Origin: Phoronis australis
Taxonomy: Eukaryota > Animalia > Phoronida
Reading direction: 5' to 3'
Assembly: GCA_002633005.1 (NCBI GenBank)
Contig: NMRA01000705.1
Coordinates: 62,001-126,000 of the forward strand
DNA: 64,000 bases
Within the stretch, counting starts at the first letter, position 1. Each line of letters begins with the position of its first letter. Below the pieces are notes generated by a model, which was not told the origin of the DNA, did not search any database, and worked only from the letters and a program-made list of their open reading frames with translations. Made by a program: the position numbers and the translations under genes. Of this stretch, positions 13,364 through 25,700 are shown piece after piece.

Positions 13364-16300
13364 CAACCCAGAGCACTTAGCATTGACGAACGAGGTACCA
13401 ACATCTGACCACGGGAGCATTTAGAGTCCACCTCAGTATGTACAGAAATGGACGTCTGCCGTTGTCTGCAGTCTGGGTGTGACCCCTGGGGGCCTTCACA
13501 AAGGGCCCAGGACTGAAATGAGCTAGACTAGATATTCGAGGTACCGGCAAAAACTGATTTAAGACGAACAATAGTACCGCACTGAACACCTAATGACCCA
13601 TGACAGACAAACTGCACTCTGGAATGGGTCCGGCAGAAACCAAAAAGGACCCTCCAAAAATGAGCTAGCACATACATTCGAGGTACCTCACAAAACCAAT
13701 TCCATATGATTCAATACATGTCACAGATCACTAAAACCCCAATGACAAAAAAATACACTCTGGGTTGTGCCCGGCAGAAACCCCCCAAAATCTCAACCTT
13801 GGTAGGCTATGCCATCAAAATTAGACTAGATTTTCGAGGTACCGGCCAAAACTGATTTAAAGCGAACACTAGTACCGCATTGAACATTGAATTACCCATG
13901 ACAAACAAACTGCACTCTGGAATGGATCCGGCAGAAACCAAAAAGACCCCTAAAAATGAGCTAGCACATAACACCTTCTCATTTGAAATGAGCTTTTCTC
14001 AAATAAATGAGCTTCGAAAAAAGGACTTAAATTGAATACTTAATAAGGTATTTCCCAGACAATGCCACACTTGCAAATTCCTTAATCGGTCTGTCCTATA
14101 TATGTATATATAGGATATACCATTGACGTCATTCGTTTGATTGGTCTATATATATATATATTTATTTATTTGAGAAAAGCTCGTTTCAAACGAGAAGGTG
14201 TTACATACATTTGAGATACCACAAAAACAATTACATGTGATTCAATATATGTCACAGGTCACTGAATGCCCTATGACCGGCAGACAAAATACACTTTGGA
14301 TTGTGCCTGGCAGAAACCCTCAAAAATCTCAACCACGGTACGCCATTTTAGAGGCAGTTAGATTTTCAAGGTATCGGCTTAAACTGATTTAAAACCAACA
14401 ATCTTGCTGCACTGAACACACAATGACCCGTGAAAGACAAATTTTACTATGGAAATAGTCGGCCAGACCCAGAAAGGACCTAAAAATGAAGCTACAATTG
14501 TCCATATTGTCCATGCAGCTTTCCCCTGCTAGTTCAAGTACTCGGGTGGGAAATCCAAACAATTGGACAACAAGATGTTAAAAATTGCACCACATTCTAA
14601 ATTGGTGACAAAAGTGGTGTATTTAATAAGTTAACTGTGCAAAAAGCGGGACCGCAGGAAACAAAAATTAATTATAGAAAACTGTCGTTCACTAAAGCCT
14701 GTGTTTACTCTCATGATCACTACAAGCGAAAAGCAGACGGGTGTCGAGATGTAAGACAGTTAACTCGCCTAGTGGTAAGTTTTTGAAGAATTTTTTACAT
14801 GATGTCGAAATTCAGTGTAGTGTATTGTGTTTGCAATGTTTTAGTTTCGCGGAGTCATTTGCCCGATGGCCGATATAATGTTTTCCGTGATAAAATACAA
14901 ATCACCCCTAATTTGGTGGGCAGCCACGCGATGGAGTCCCAATGCTATTTAAATAAATATATAAACAACGACGTGTTTCGGTAACAAGGGGTCTCGCTGC
15001 AGCATTGCCTGGTCTGCATGCAATGACAGGGTGTGACGTCACAGCAGCACTGTGTAGGAAAGGGAAAGTGAGGCCTCTGGAAATCCTGATGAAAGACTCA
15101 TTTGGGACACTTATCAGCTTCTCAGAGTTAATAAGCGTAGATGTCCCAGACGGAAGAAAGTTAGAAGAATACATATGCCTCCTATTTAATGAAGGGAGGA
15201 GTCAAAGATATCNCCAATAGATAATTGGTTTACACATATATTTTGTAATTAACAATTGTCTCCCACATTCACCACGAGCCATAGCATTTTCGTGGTTCCT
15301 CAATCTAGCGCAAATTTAGGGGCCATGTGTTGTCGCTGACGTATCCTTTCTGCTGATAGTTTTGATAGCGTGTTATACTTTAAACAATCTGGATTCGTAA
15401 ACTTCACTGAGTGGGGTTGGTTTTAGACAGTTCCTGGTACGTATCCCAAAGTTTTACTGTTATCAGGTACTTTCCAAAATGCTTACTCTCCACCATCATC
15501 CATTTGACAACCAGTGAGAGAGCTCCGGCAGTAGACGCAAACTAAGTAGGTCCTATAAACTCATTGTCTATATTTTCAAAATTACTTACCGGTAGTTGAG
15601 ACTTCTGGGGCTGGCGAGCACAACCCACATTGGGTTTTAACTGTCATAGCGTATTTGGTAACCAGTAACATCTATTTGAATCACATGGAATCATTGTTTA
15701 TTGTGGTACCCCTAACATTGATCATGGGACCTAGCTCCTAGCTTTTACGGTGTAATTGAGTTTCTGGCGAACGCCTTCCAGAGACCAGTTTGTTGTCTGT
15801 CATGGGTCATCTGGTGGATTATTGGTTTTAAGTCAGTTTTAGCCGGTACCTCGGGTATCTAATGTACCTCAAACTTTTGATAGCAAATCACTGTGGTTGG
15901 GATTTTTAATTGAGGGTTTCTCAGTGCCACACACCAGAGTGTATTTTGTCTGTCATAGGGCATTTAGTGACTCCTGTGACATGTATTGAACCTCATAGAG
16001 GTGGTTTTGTTTGGAACCTCGAATATATGTGTTAGCTCATTTTTAATTTGGGGGGGGGGTCCTTTTTTGGTTTCTCCGTCGGCCCGCGGATTCAAAGTGC
16101 AATGGCATGGGTTCACTGCGGTACTATTGTTCGTTTAAAATCAGTTTTGGTCGGTACCTCGAAAATCTTGTCTAGCTCAAAGTTTTGATGGCATACCGTG
16201 GTTGAGATTTTTGGGGGTTTCTGCCGGGCACAATGATCCGGCAGAGTGTAGTTTGTCTCAGCCGGGGCCAGTATAGTAGCCTCTGTGACATGTATTGAAT

Positions 16301-16666
16301 CATATGGAATTGGTTTTGTGTGGTACCTCGAATGTACGGTGCTATCTCATTTTTGGGGGTTCCTTTTTGGTTTCTGCCGGACCCATCCCAGAGTGCAATT
16401 TGTCTGTCATAGGTCTGATTTGGTGTTAGTGCGGTAGGCCTACTCAACGGTCAATTGTTCAGTAGTTTTGTGGCCGGTACCTCGAATATCTAGTCTAGCT
16501 CATTTTTAGGCTCTTTGTAAGGCCCCCATGGGTCACAGCCAGAGTTCAGACAACGGCAGACGTCTATTCCTGCTGTTCATATACTGAGGTGGACTTTAAA
16601 TGCTCCCGTCAGTGGTCAGATGTTGGGCCCGCTCCATCTCAGTGGGCTGGCCAGTTCTCAGGGTTG
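13364..16666. mobile_element. Long-TIR (foldback) DNA transposon relic, Academ(X)-like
   Basis: About 1-kb inverted arms built of subrepeats (13400-13510 is the reverse complement of 16500-16625). The internal fragment at 15005-15210, LPGLHAMTGCDVTAALCRKGKVRP, is an XPG/FEN1 H3TH-type motif as seen in AcademX transposases. N gap at 15213. Confidence 0.65.
13970..14202. mobile_element. MITE nested in the left arm of the foldback element
   Basis: ~39-bp TIRs aacaccttctc(a/g)tttgaaa(t/c)gagcttttctcaaataaat. The 4-bp TSD ACAT is inferred by comparison with the empty subrepeat ctagcacatacattcgag at about 13665. Confidence 0.8.
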
Positions 16667-16777
16667 TTGCGCAACTGGCATAGGTGGCGCTGAGGGCGAA
16701 ACAGTGACCTAATTCTTGTGGTTGATAGAAGTTGTGCCCGAGACGAGCTGATCAAAGATACTTAACAGTGTGAGCTG

Positions 16778-19700
16778 ATGAAACCAACTTCATTGTTTCG
16801 AATAGTAACTATATCTCACGCCCTTCGTGGCTCTAGATCCATGTCTAATGTAATTAATGATCGTCCCTCGGCAGGAATTATAGGTATGTAATCATCCGAT
16901 CAAGTAAACAATGACCATCGTCATCGTCTCTATCCAGTCCCTCGGCTCTGCCTCTGCCTCTGGCTCTGGATGGAGACGATGGTCATTGTCTACCGATCAA
17001 GTTAACGACATTACACACAAGTCACAATCCAGTACCGGGCGTATATTACACAGCACCAAGCCTTACACGTTACACCCTCCTCGACCTACGACCTGTGGCA
17101 TTAAAAGTATTTTTGCATTTGGTTTACATATTTCATAATCTTATTACGTCGGTGAGTGACTTTCCTTGAAGACGTAACTGCCATTACTCGATCATCGAGT
17201 CGATGGAACAGAGAAGTCGACAATCATTGGCTTCGCTGATTTTTGCGACAATATAAGCAAAAGAAAAAGAAAAGCACATATAAGAAAACTGAAGACTTTT
17301 ATGAAAAGGCTGCAAACAACTGTTGAAGTGTTGTGCTGGTTTGTACAGCTGCATGTGCAGACCCACAGGCGTCCTCATCTTCTGATCGTCCCCAATACAC
17401 TACATATAATACTACAAGGTATGACACTCCCGACTAGAAATTCCACGGGTGCTTCACTTCAGCCGTCCATAGCAAACATAAAACTCAATAAATTTACACA
17501 AAACAGGGGTTCAACAAACCATGAAGAATTGTTCTTTCTCCCAATACCATTCACGGTGTCCAGTTACGTCGACTTCATAAGAAATTCGCAGTCAAAGAAC
17601 AAAAATGTTCACAAAAAGCCCCCACACACTTTCACCCTGGGCCCGTCGAGGTCAAGGACGGTACGGGAATTGTAGTATTATATGTAGTGTATTGGGGACG
17701 ATCAGAAGCTGACGACGCCTGTGTGCAGACCCAGCGAAGCTGAAGGTAAGTTGATAACCTGACGGAGCCAAACCCGGCTTTGGGTCGAGGGAGTCGTGGG
17801 GTGTGGGGGTCAAGGGGGTTTCAGAACAACCCCAGTGTTTGTGTTGAATGAGACCGTGGCTGGCCACGGCAATGCCACAATAAGTACTCGGAGATACACT
17901 ATGCCTAAAACAAAAATGCATTCACCTGATTACTTCACTGTACATTACCACAGTTGTGGTAGTTGTGCAAGTAATAGTCATAGCAGTTTCAGGGCCAGAT
18001 CCAGGATTTTGAGTTAGGGGAGGGGGCTAGGGTAGAGTATGAGCCAGAATTTTCCTGTCAGACATTCACTTCCCGAACTACCAAATGGAATCTGGGAGAA
18101 TTTTAGGAGGCCCCCTTGCCCCCACCCTAAATATGCCAAGGACCTTAGGCACCATGTACCAACACAGCTGCTCGGCTAGCTTTATATGTCTGGCATGCAG
18201 GCTGGTGTGATTGCCTATAGGCAGGTAAGCTTAATAGATGGAGTGTCTTCTGTGTCAGCGCAATAATTTGGTTATTTAATTCTGAGCAGCTGAGCTAATT
18301 GAGCAGTCTGGGCCACTCTGAGTGAAGGCCAACTAGATTAGTGTTTGATAAGTCCATTAGTGTTATTTAGATAGCGATAGGTGGTGCCGTTAGCAAGATG
18401 TCCTCGTCAACTATATCTCAGGACCCCACTCACACCAAGGCCCAGTCTTGTAAAAGTTAATGAATACTGTCGTCTAGTGCAAAAGTATTGGTGACAGGTT
18501 GGATGTGTGAGCTTTGCAAATAGGGGTTTGACAAAGATTGTGTTGATGACATGGGGAGAGACCAGGAATGTATGAGATTACATGTGGTGAGTAGAAGGTC
18601 ATGCAGGTACTAACGGTCCCACTTAGATAATTGTACACTTTCGGTAGGCGATATAGCATTTTAAGCTTATTCTGTTGAATTCACCAGGCCACACCAAAAA
18701 GTTCTCTTAACATATTCAAAACTCATTGGATAAATAGGTTTTCGTCATTTTTTGTCCATTTTTAGTGATTGGTGATGAAATTCTCAAGGGACAGACAAAG
18801 GAAACCAACTCGCATTTCCTGTGTAAGAGACTGTTCTGTCTGGGAGTCCGCGTCCATAGGGTAAGCCATGCTGCTGGAGATCAAGAACTAAACCTCACAT
18901 TGCTTGACAATTTCATCGCATTCTCTGATTAGCCAGCTCACCATTGTCGAAATTTTTGAGCAAATTGCAAGTCTTTGTTCAGCAGATGACATCCTATTTT
19001 GTGTCCATATGCATTAATCCAGTGGCATTAAAATAAGAATTTCCTAACAAGTCAAGACATTTTTTCACTGTTTTTCTTTTTTGATTCATAAAGTCTACTG
19101 AAATCGATGTTAATACCACACCCAGTTGTTCCAGAAGTCATAAGATTGCATCACAGCTATGTTACAGTATGGAGATGAGTAGTAATTAAGGTGTGTGATT
19201 TTTCCTGCATTGCCACAAAGACTGCGGTGTGTCATTCTGCAGTCAGTACTGGTGGATGTAAACACCAAAGAGCTTTCTTTACAAAGAGAAGGTGCAAGAC
19301 ATGTGCACGAAGGCATAATGCGCATGCTGAAGTAGCTCTATAATTGACTTTGGGTATTCTGTTGACTAGCCAACCATAAAAATAACCATTCTACCTAGCT
19401 GTTTTAAAAGAAGAAGGGCAACTTTTTACTCTGAAATCGGGGATCATTTGCAACATGTTCATGTAAAAACATCACGCAAAATCATTTTCACACTAGTGAC
19501 TTTAGATTTTGGACCTTTTAGCCTGATCATACATGTATGGAAAAGTTATGTCTGAGCTCAAATCATTTTGGGCACAATTCAAGTATAGCATCTGCATAGT
19601 ACCACACACACATCAAGAATTTGCTCTATTTCCTACTTAATCCTTAAGACCCCAAAACATTTGGATTTGATGTCAAAAGCACCCTTCTCAACAGGTGTTT

Positions 19701-22700
19701 TTACGCTTCCAAATCAACACAGTTTTACGGCGTAGGAAATCTATTTTATGGTATTATTTTTGAAAGGGATACTCTTCTAACTTTCAACTGAACTTACTAA
19801 CTTTGGTCAGATCTATGAAGCAACAAAATCATTGTGTTCTAACTGTGATTTTATTACAAGTTGCCTATTCTCGCCGTTGTCTGCCAGACACTCGCTAAAA
19901 TCAAGGTCGTTGACTCTACCAGTTAAATATGTTTAAAATACTCTGTCATTTACCGAGCCATTAGCTCAACGTTTGACTGTGCCCAAGGGGTTCAAAGGTT
20001 CGATTCCGCACTGTTCTGGTTTCAGAAAATTATTTTCTCGTTGATAGTGTCCCCTTAATTGTTTGGGCAAAAATGTTACGCAGGCCGTTTCACCATTTTG
20101 TGACTCAATGCAATATTCACGTTACAAAATGTTACACAGGCTGTTTCATCATTTTGTGACTCAATGCAATATTCACGTTACAAAATGTTACACAGGCTGT
20201 TTCATCATTTTGTGATTCAATGCAATATTCACGTTAAACGTGAATTAACTTTACAAAATGTTACACAGGCCGTTTCATCATTTTGTGACTCAATGCAATA
20301 TTCACGTTTACAAAATGTTACACAGGCCGTTTCATCATTTTGTGACTCAATGCAATATTCACGTTACAAAATGTTACACAGGCTGTTTCATCATTTTGTG
20401 ACTCAATGCAATATTCACGTTACAAAATGTTACACAGGCTGTTTCATCATTTTGTGATTCAATGCAATATTCACGTTAAACGTGAATTAACTTTACAAAA
20501 TGTTACACAGGCCGTTTCATCATTTTGTGACTCAATGCAATATTCACGTTTACAAAATGTTACACAGGCCGTTTCATCATTTTGTGACTCAATGCAATAT
20601 TCACGTTTACAAAATGTTACACAGGCCATTTCATCATTTTGTGACTCAATGCAATATTCACGTTTACAAAATGTTACACAGGCCGTTTCATCATTTTGTG
20701 ACTCAATGCAATATTCACGTTTACAAAATGTTACACAGGCCATTTCATCATTTTGTGACTCAATGCAATATTCACGTTTACAAAATGTTACACAGGCCGT
20801 TTCATCATTTTGTGACTCAATGCAATATTCACGTTTCAAAATGTTACACAGGCCGTTTCATCATTTTGTAACTCAATGCAATATTCACGTTACAAAATGT
20901 TACGCAGACCGCTTCATCATTTTGTGACTCAATGCAATATTCACGTTTACAAAATGTTACACAGGCCGTTTCATCATTTTGTGACTCAATGCAATATTCA
21001 CGTTACAATTTAAAATGTATTTTCTAGATTTCTATAATACCTGATGATCTTGAGACGATTGCTAAAGAAGTTCTCGACTTTTCCAAATCTTTCAACTATG
21101 TGATCACATCTGGAGGGATTGGGCCGACCCATGATGACAGAACTTACGAAGGTTGTGTCTAAGTAACAATATCAGTGCTAATTTGGATAAATGAAATTTG
21201 CTAGATATGTGTTATTAATTGTTTGAAAATGGTAAATTTTTGCTTATGTAGCTCACAATATGGTGAGCTAGCGGAATATTGTTTTGGCAAATTTCTGAAA
21301 ACATTTAAAAATTATAACTCATTTTTATCATGATTTATACATTCAACTGATGTAAAAGATTTCGGTGAAATACATTGTTATTTGGCACGCTAGCTACTGT
21401 AGTCTGTCTTTGAAATATCTGAAGATTACAATTTTGTCGATATTTTTAGCTCTGTCCCAGTAGCATACTTTCTTTTTGTGTTGTTTTTTCCACTCTGATA
21501 CTCTTGTGTGTTTTACTTGTATCAAATAAACAGCTGTTTGTCCACTGCATTGCAGGAGTTGCTCAAGCCTTCAACGAGTCTCTTGTCTATAACCAAGAGT
21601 TGGTAGACTTGTGTAAGCAGTATTTCAAGACTGATAATGTTGTCTCTCCAAAGTTCAAACTAGCTCAGGTTTGTGGCTATTTTCAATTTAGAATTGATGT
21701 AAGACATTCAAATAAAGACCTGTCATCAAAATCAACAACCTCAAACTATAAAGTCTTGGCACTGTACTTTATGGACATAACCTCCATGCCTGTCATTTGT
21801 NGACTTTTCCAAATCTTTCAACTATGTGATCACATCTGGAGGGATTGGGCCGACCCATGATGACAGAACTTACGAAGGTTGTGTCTAAGTAACAATATCC
21901 GTGCTAATTTGGATAAATGAAATTTGCTAGATATGTGTTTTTAATTGTTTGAAAATGGTAAATCTTTGCTTATGTAGCTCACAATATGGTGAGCAAGCGG
22001 AATATTGTTTTGGCAAATTTCTGAAAACATTTAAAAATTATAACCCATTTTTATCATGATTTATACATTCAACTGATGTAAAAGATTTCGGTGAAATACA
22101 TTGTTATTTGGCACGCTAGCTACTGTAGTCTGTCTTTGAAATATCTGAAGATTACAATTTTGTCGATATTTTTAGTTCTGTCCCAGTAGCATACTTTCTT
22201 TTTGTGTTGTTTTTTCCACTCTGATACTCTTGTGTGTTTTACTTGTATCAAATAAACAGCTGTTTGTCCACTGCATTGCAGGAGTTGCTCAAGCCTTCAA
22301 CGAGTCTCTTGTCTATAACCAAGAGTTGGTAGACTTGTGTAAGCAGTATTTCAAGACTGATAATGTTGTCTCTCCAAAGTTCAAACTAGCTCAGGTTTGT
22401 GGCTATTTTCAATTTAGAATTGATGTAAGACATTCAAATAAAGACCTGTCATCAAAATCAACAACCTCAAACTATAAAGTCTTGGCACTGTACTTTATGG
22501 ACATAACCTCCATGCCTGTCATTTGTTTTTATAAAACTAACAACCACATGCCAGATAAAAGCAAGACTTTAAATATGATGCTGTATGCAGCTTTGAGCGT
22601 GTGCAGGTTCAACAACTTCTACAGTCAAAGCAATATGTTAAAACAGTGACACTGACATGCACAGTGTAATGTAATGTATATGAGAACAGAATGTTGGTGA

Positions 22701-25700
22701 AAGTAAATTGTTTTGTGATTTTATGGTTGATAAGTGTAGTTAAATGGGGTGATTAAATAAATGGCAACTTCTAATTAGTAATGCAAGAGAAATTTATTGT
22801 TTATTAAAACAAAAATACGTTTGGGGAATATGGCCCCCAATGAGTTGAGGTGACCAGTGCTGTGCTATCTAGTGGCAATTTCAGTGTTTTGACTTACTGC
22901 TATTTTGTTGGCAGTTTCAAGAACCGAATCATCAAATTTTGTAACTTTTTATTTGATATGAGCTTTAAGGTAGACGATCTTCCATACCGATGGCTTAAGC
23001 ATTTTCATGAACAGTGTGCCCTTCTCTGATGAACACATTTCTTTTATGCGAGCTGTATTATTTTGTTCTCTTACAAGCACCACAGTTCTTTTCTTATTGA
23101 CTTAGATCTTATGGACAGCATAGGTATAGGTTATTAGCAGTCTCGATTGTGATAATTGATATTGGTGTCGTAACAGTTTTTGTACACATCCCTAGATTAA
23201 GACTTTGTAATTGTGTTTTTTCAATAATTTGATATGCAATGAGGTAACACTGTTGTCTCAACTTGTGTTTCCTAGATACCCGAGTCATCCCGGCTTCACT
23301 ATGGTTTCAATAAAACAACCAATGAGAAGATGAAGATACCATTAGTCAACGTGAAGAATGTTTATATATTCCCTGGTATACCCTCACTCCTTGAGAGAGC
23401 TTTCCTATGTTTAGAGGTGAGTTTGTGTGATGAGTCAGATCCAAAACCCAGCAGTGGTACACCATGTTGCGTGTTGGAATTATCTCAAAATAAGTTATCA
23501 TTAAACTGATTGTCTGTTTCATCATTATCTCGTTGGTTTCTAATGACCCATAGAAGATTAAGTAATATGGGCTTTATCAGAATTCCAATTCAAGTATGTT
23601 TTTGTAAAGATAGATAGTGATGGGTACAATGTTCACAGTTCACACACGCGCGCCTCGAATGCAAAAAATAATTACTTCTCAATGCTGTCTTGTAACAAGT
23701 AACACACAAGCTTTTAATCTAAAATACTGTGTGTGGATATTTAAAAAAAACAATTGTTTGTAAACATTATGAGCTTTAAGTGTTCATAATTTGCATTCAA
23801 AATCATGCACCAAAGCATCCCTCACACATGATATGGGTGTTGTCATGTCGACAGATGCATGATTTCAAAATATCCATGCATCTGCAACAGTGTTCACTTC
23901 ATGGGTGATAATTGAGCATCTCCAACAGTGTTAAAGATGCCTAGTCTTATTAAATTGTGAACAATATGCTAATTTACAAACAACCCCAGGTCCTCCAATG
24001 TGCCAGAAACCATTGGAGAACCAGTTACCATTATATTACAACCTCGCGAAAGTCTCATTTTGCAAGACAGTTTTTATATAAATGGGTATGGTAATATTTC
24101 ATCGTTACCGTAATGAAACAAGGCACAATTTTTGTTGGTTTTTTGTGTCACTTTCAAATAACAAATGTGTAATATTTAGAATTACTATGGTTTTTTTTAA
24201 ATTCATTTACAATTGACCAATTGCGTACCATACTTTGAGCAAACTTACACATTTAAATTTGAAAAATGTGGCATGAATTAAGTTCAGAGTCCAAGTTTTG
24301 AGATTAGATTGTGGATTCTGGTTAATATTAAGAGAAGCTTTACGGTAGTATCATGCATTTGAACATTAAGCAAAATAGTCTTGTAAAATTATAAATAATA
24401 TCTTAAATTGGTAAAGCATACAATGTGTAAATTGTGAATGAATTGTTACAGGATCTCTTCCGTAACCCCAACTACCATTGCCACATGAGAGAAGTTTATA
24501 TCAATGATGTTGAGTCCAACATTGTTGAAGTGTTGAACGAAGTTGATGAATCCTTCAAGCACACGGTTTTGCTGGGCTCGTACCCAGAGCTTCATAACAG
24601 GTAAAAGTACCCACAGCTTCATAACAGGTAAATGTGTGATGTGACTCCAATTAACAACAGTTGAAGCTCTTTACTGATGAAAGAACAGCTCAGCTTTGTC
24701 TCTTGTTCTGAACATGGCTCCAGCTAAAACTAGCGAAGTAGGGAGGGAGAGAGAATGGAAGACATGTTGGGAGCAAGAGGTGGAGACGCAGAGAATCTGA
24801 CAGAGANGGATGATGATAACAATGACTTTCTACAGTCTGTAAGGTGGTGATGTACTGATATCATTCAAAATGCGCATGTCCAGATGCACAAAACGTCATT
24901 GTGAGTGCAATGCAGTTGAAGGGGCATTTGTATAATTTAGTTGTTCTATTGTTCTGTATACTCAGGCAAGAGTGTCTGCTTGTAAGGAGAAATATCTGTA
25001 GAGTTCCCCTGCCTACTGGGTGGGTGGACGTGATTTTGTTTGATGTTTTGGTGAAGATGTCAACCTGGAAATGTACTGTGTTGATTTTGTGCACTTAATT
25101 TCCAAGTCTTCAACTAGGCCAGGCCCTTCCCAGCAGTTATAAGCCCCCATAACTATGTTTTGTTTTGAAAACTTGTGACAACGTTATATAATCCAAAGGC
25201 TTACGAAACCAATGCCATTTGTGTGCTTAATGAGTAGTGGAAGTTGTTTTTCTGAGAAACTTGTTTTGCAGGTGAACTATTTTGTTTTAGACACTCTTGG
25301 TGTAAACTTGAGTTGGCGTTTTGAATCACGCTTCTTCTTAGACATTTTTAACAAGGTTTGTTGAATGCATGATAAACTTTGTTGAAACTTTGCATGCACG
25401 TACGTTAGACAAATTGACTGGGACCCTTTTGGTCAATGTAACATCAATGAATTGTAAAAACGGTTTGATTTATTCTCAAACAAAATACCACCAATCAAAA
25501 TCTCTTTTTAAAACAACTTCTGTTTTATTCTTGACCTTAAACTATGAAAATAAGTGTGCAGTATTTTTGCAAATCTTAAGTGCTTAAAAATAATAGATGA
25601 CTGTTTTAAACTGCCAAAAGCATCGAAAAGTGATAGGCCTGAAAACAGCCAATCATGGTTTGCCACGTAGCTGAAGATGTCTCCAAAAACTCGCATATTT

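Noticed and set aside
16770-16820. Hammerhead-like GTGAG-CTGATGA...CGAA-TAG..CTA-TAT-CTCAC
   Set aside because: The GAAA box is one A short, stem II is poor, and the region is better explained as the coding sequence of the FLAD1 presequence.
18568-18592. Possible alternative FLAD1 first exon (MYEITC, G|GTGAGT in the correct phase)
   Set aside because: It lacks the conserved AGII strand that the 16778-16883 exon supplies; unsupported without transcripts.
19953-20012. tRNA-like stretch (tagctcaa...ggttcgattcc)
   Set aside because: No complete cloverleaf; probably a decayed tRNA-derived repeat.
20069-21008. CRISPR-like array or repetitive ORFs (20164-20927)
   Set aside because: Units are head-to-tail with no unique spacers, the context is eukaryotic with no cas genes, and the ORFs are by-products of a 60-bp period.
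21802-22526. Apparent duplicated FLAD1 exon 4
   Set aside because: Same artefact signature: begins at N 21801 in mid-exon 3 and is nearly identical.
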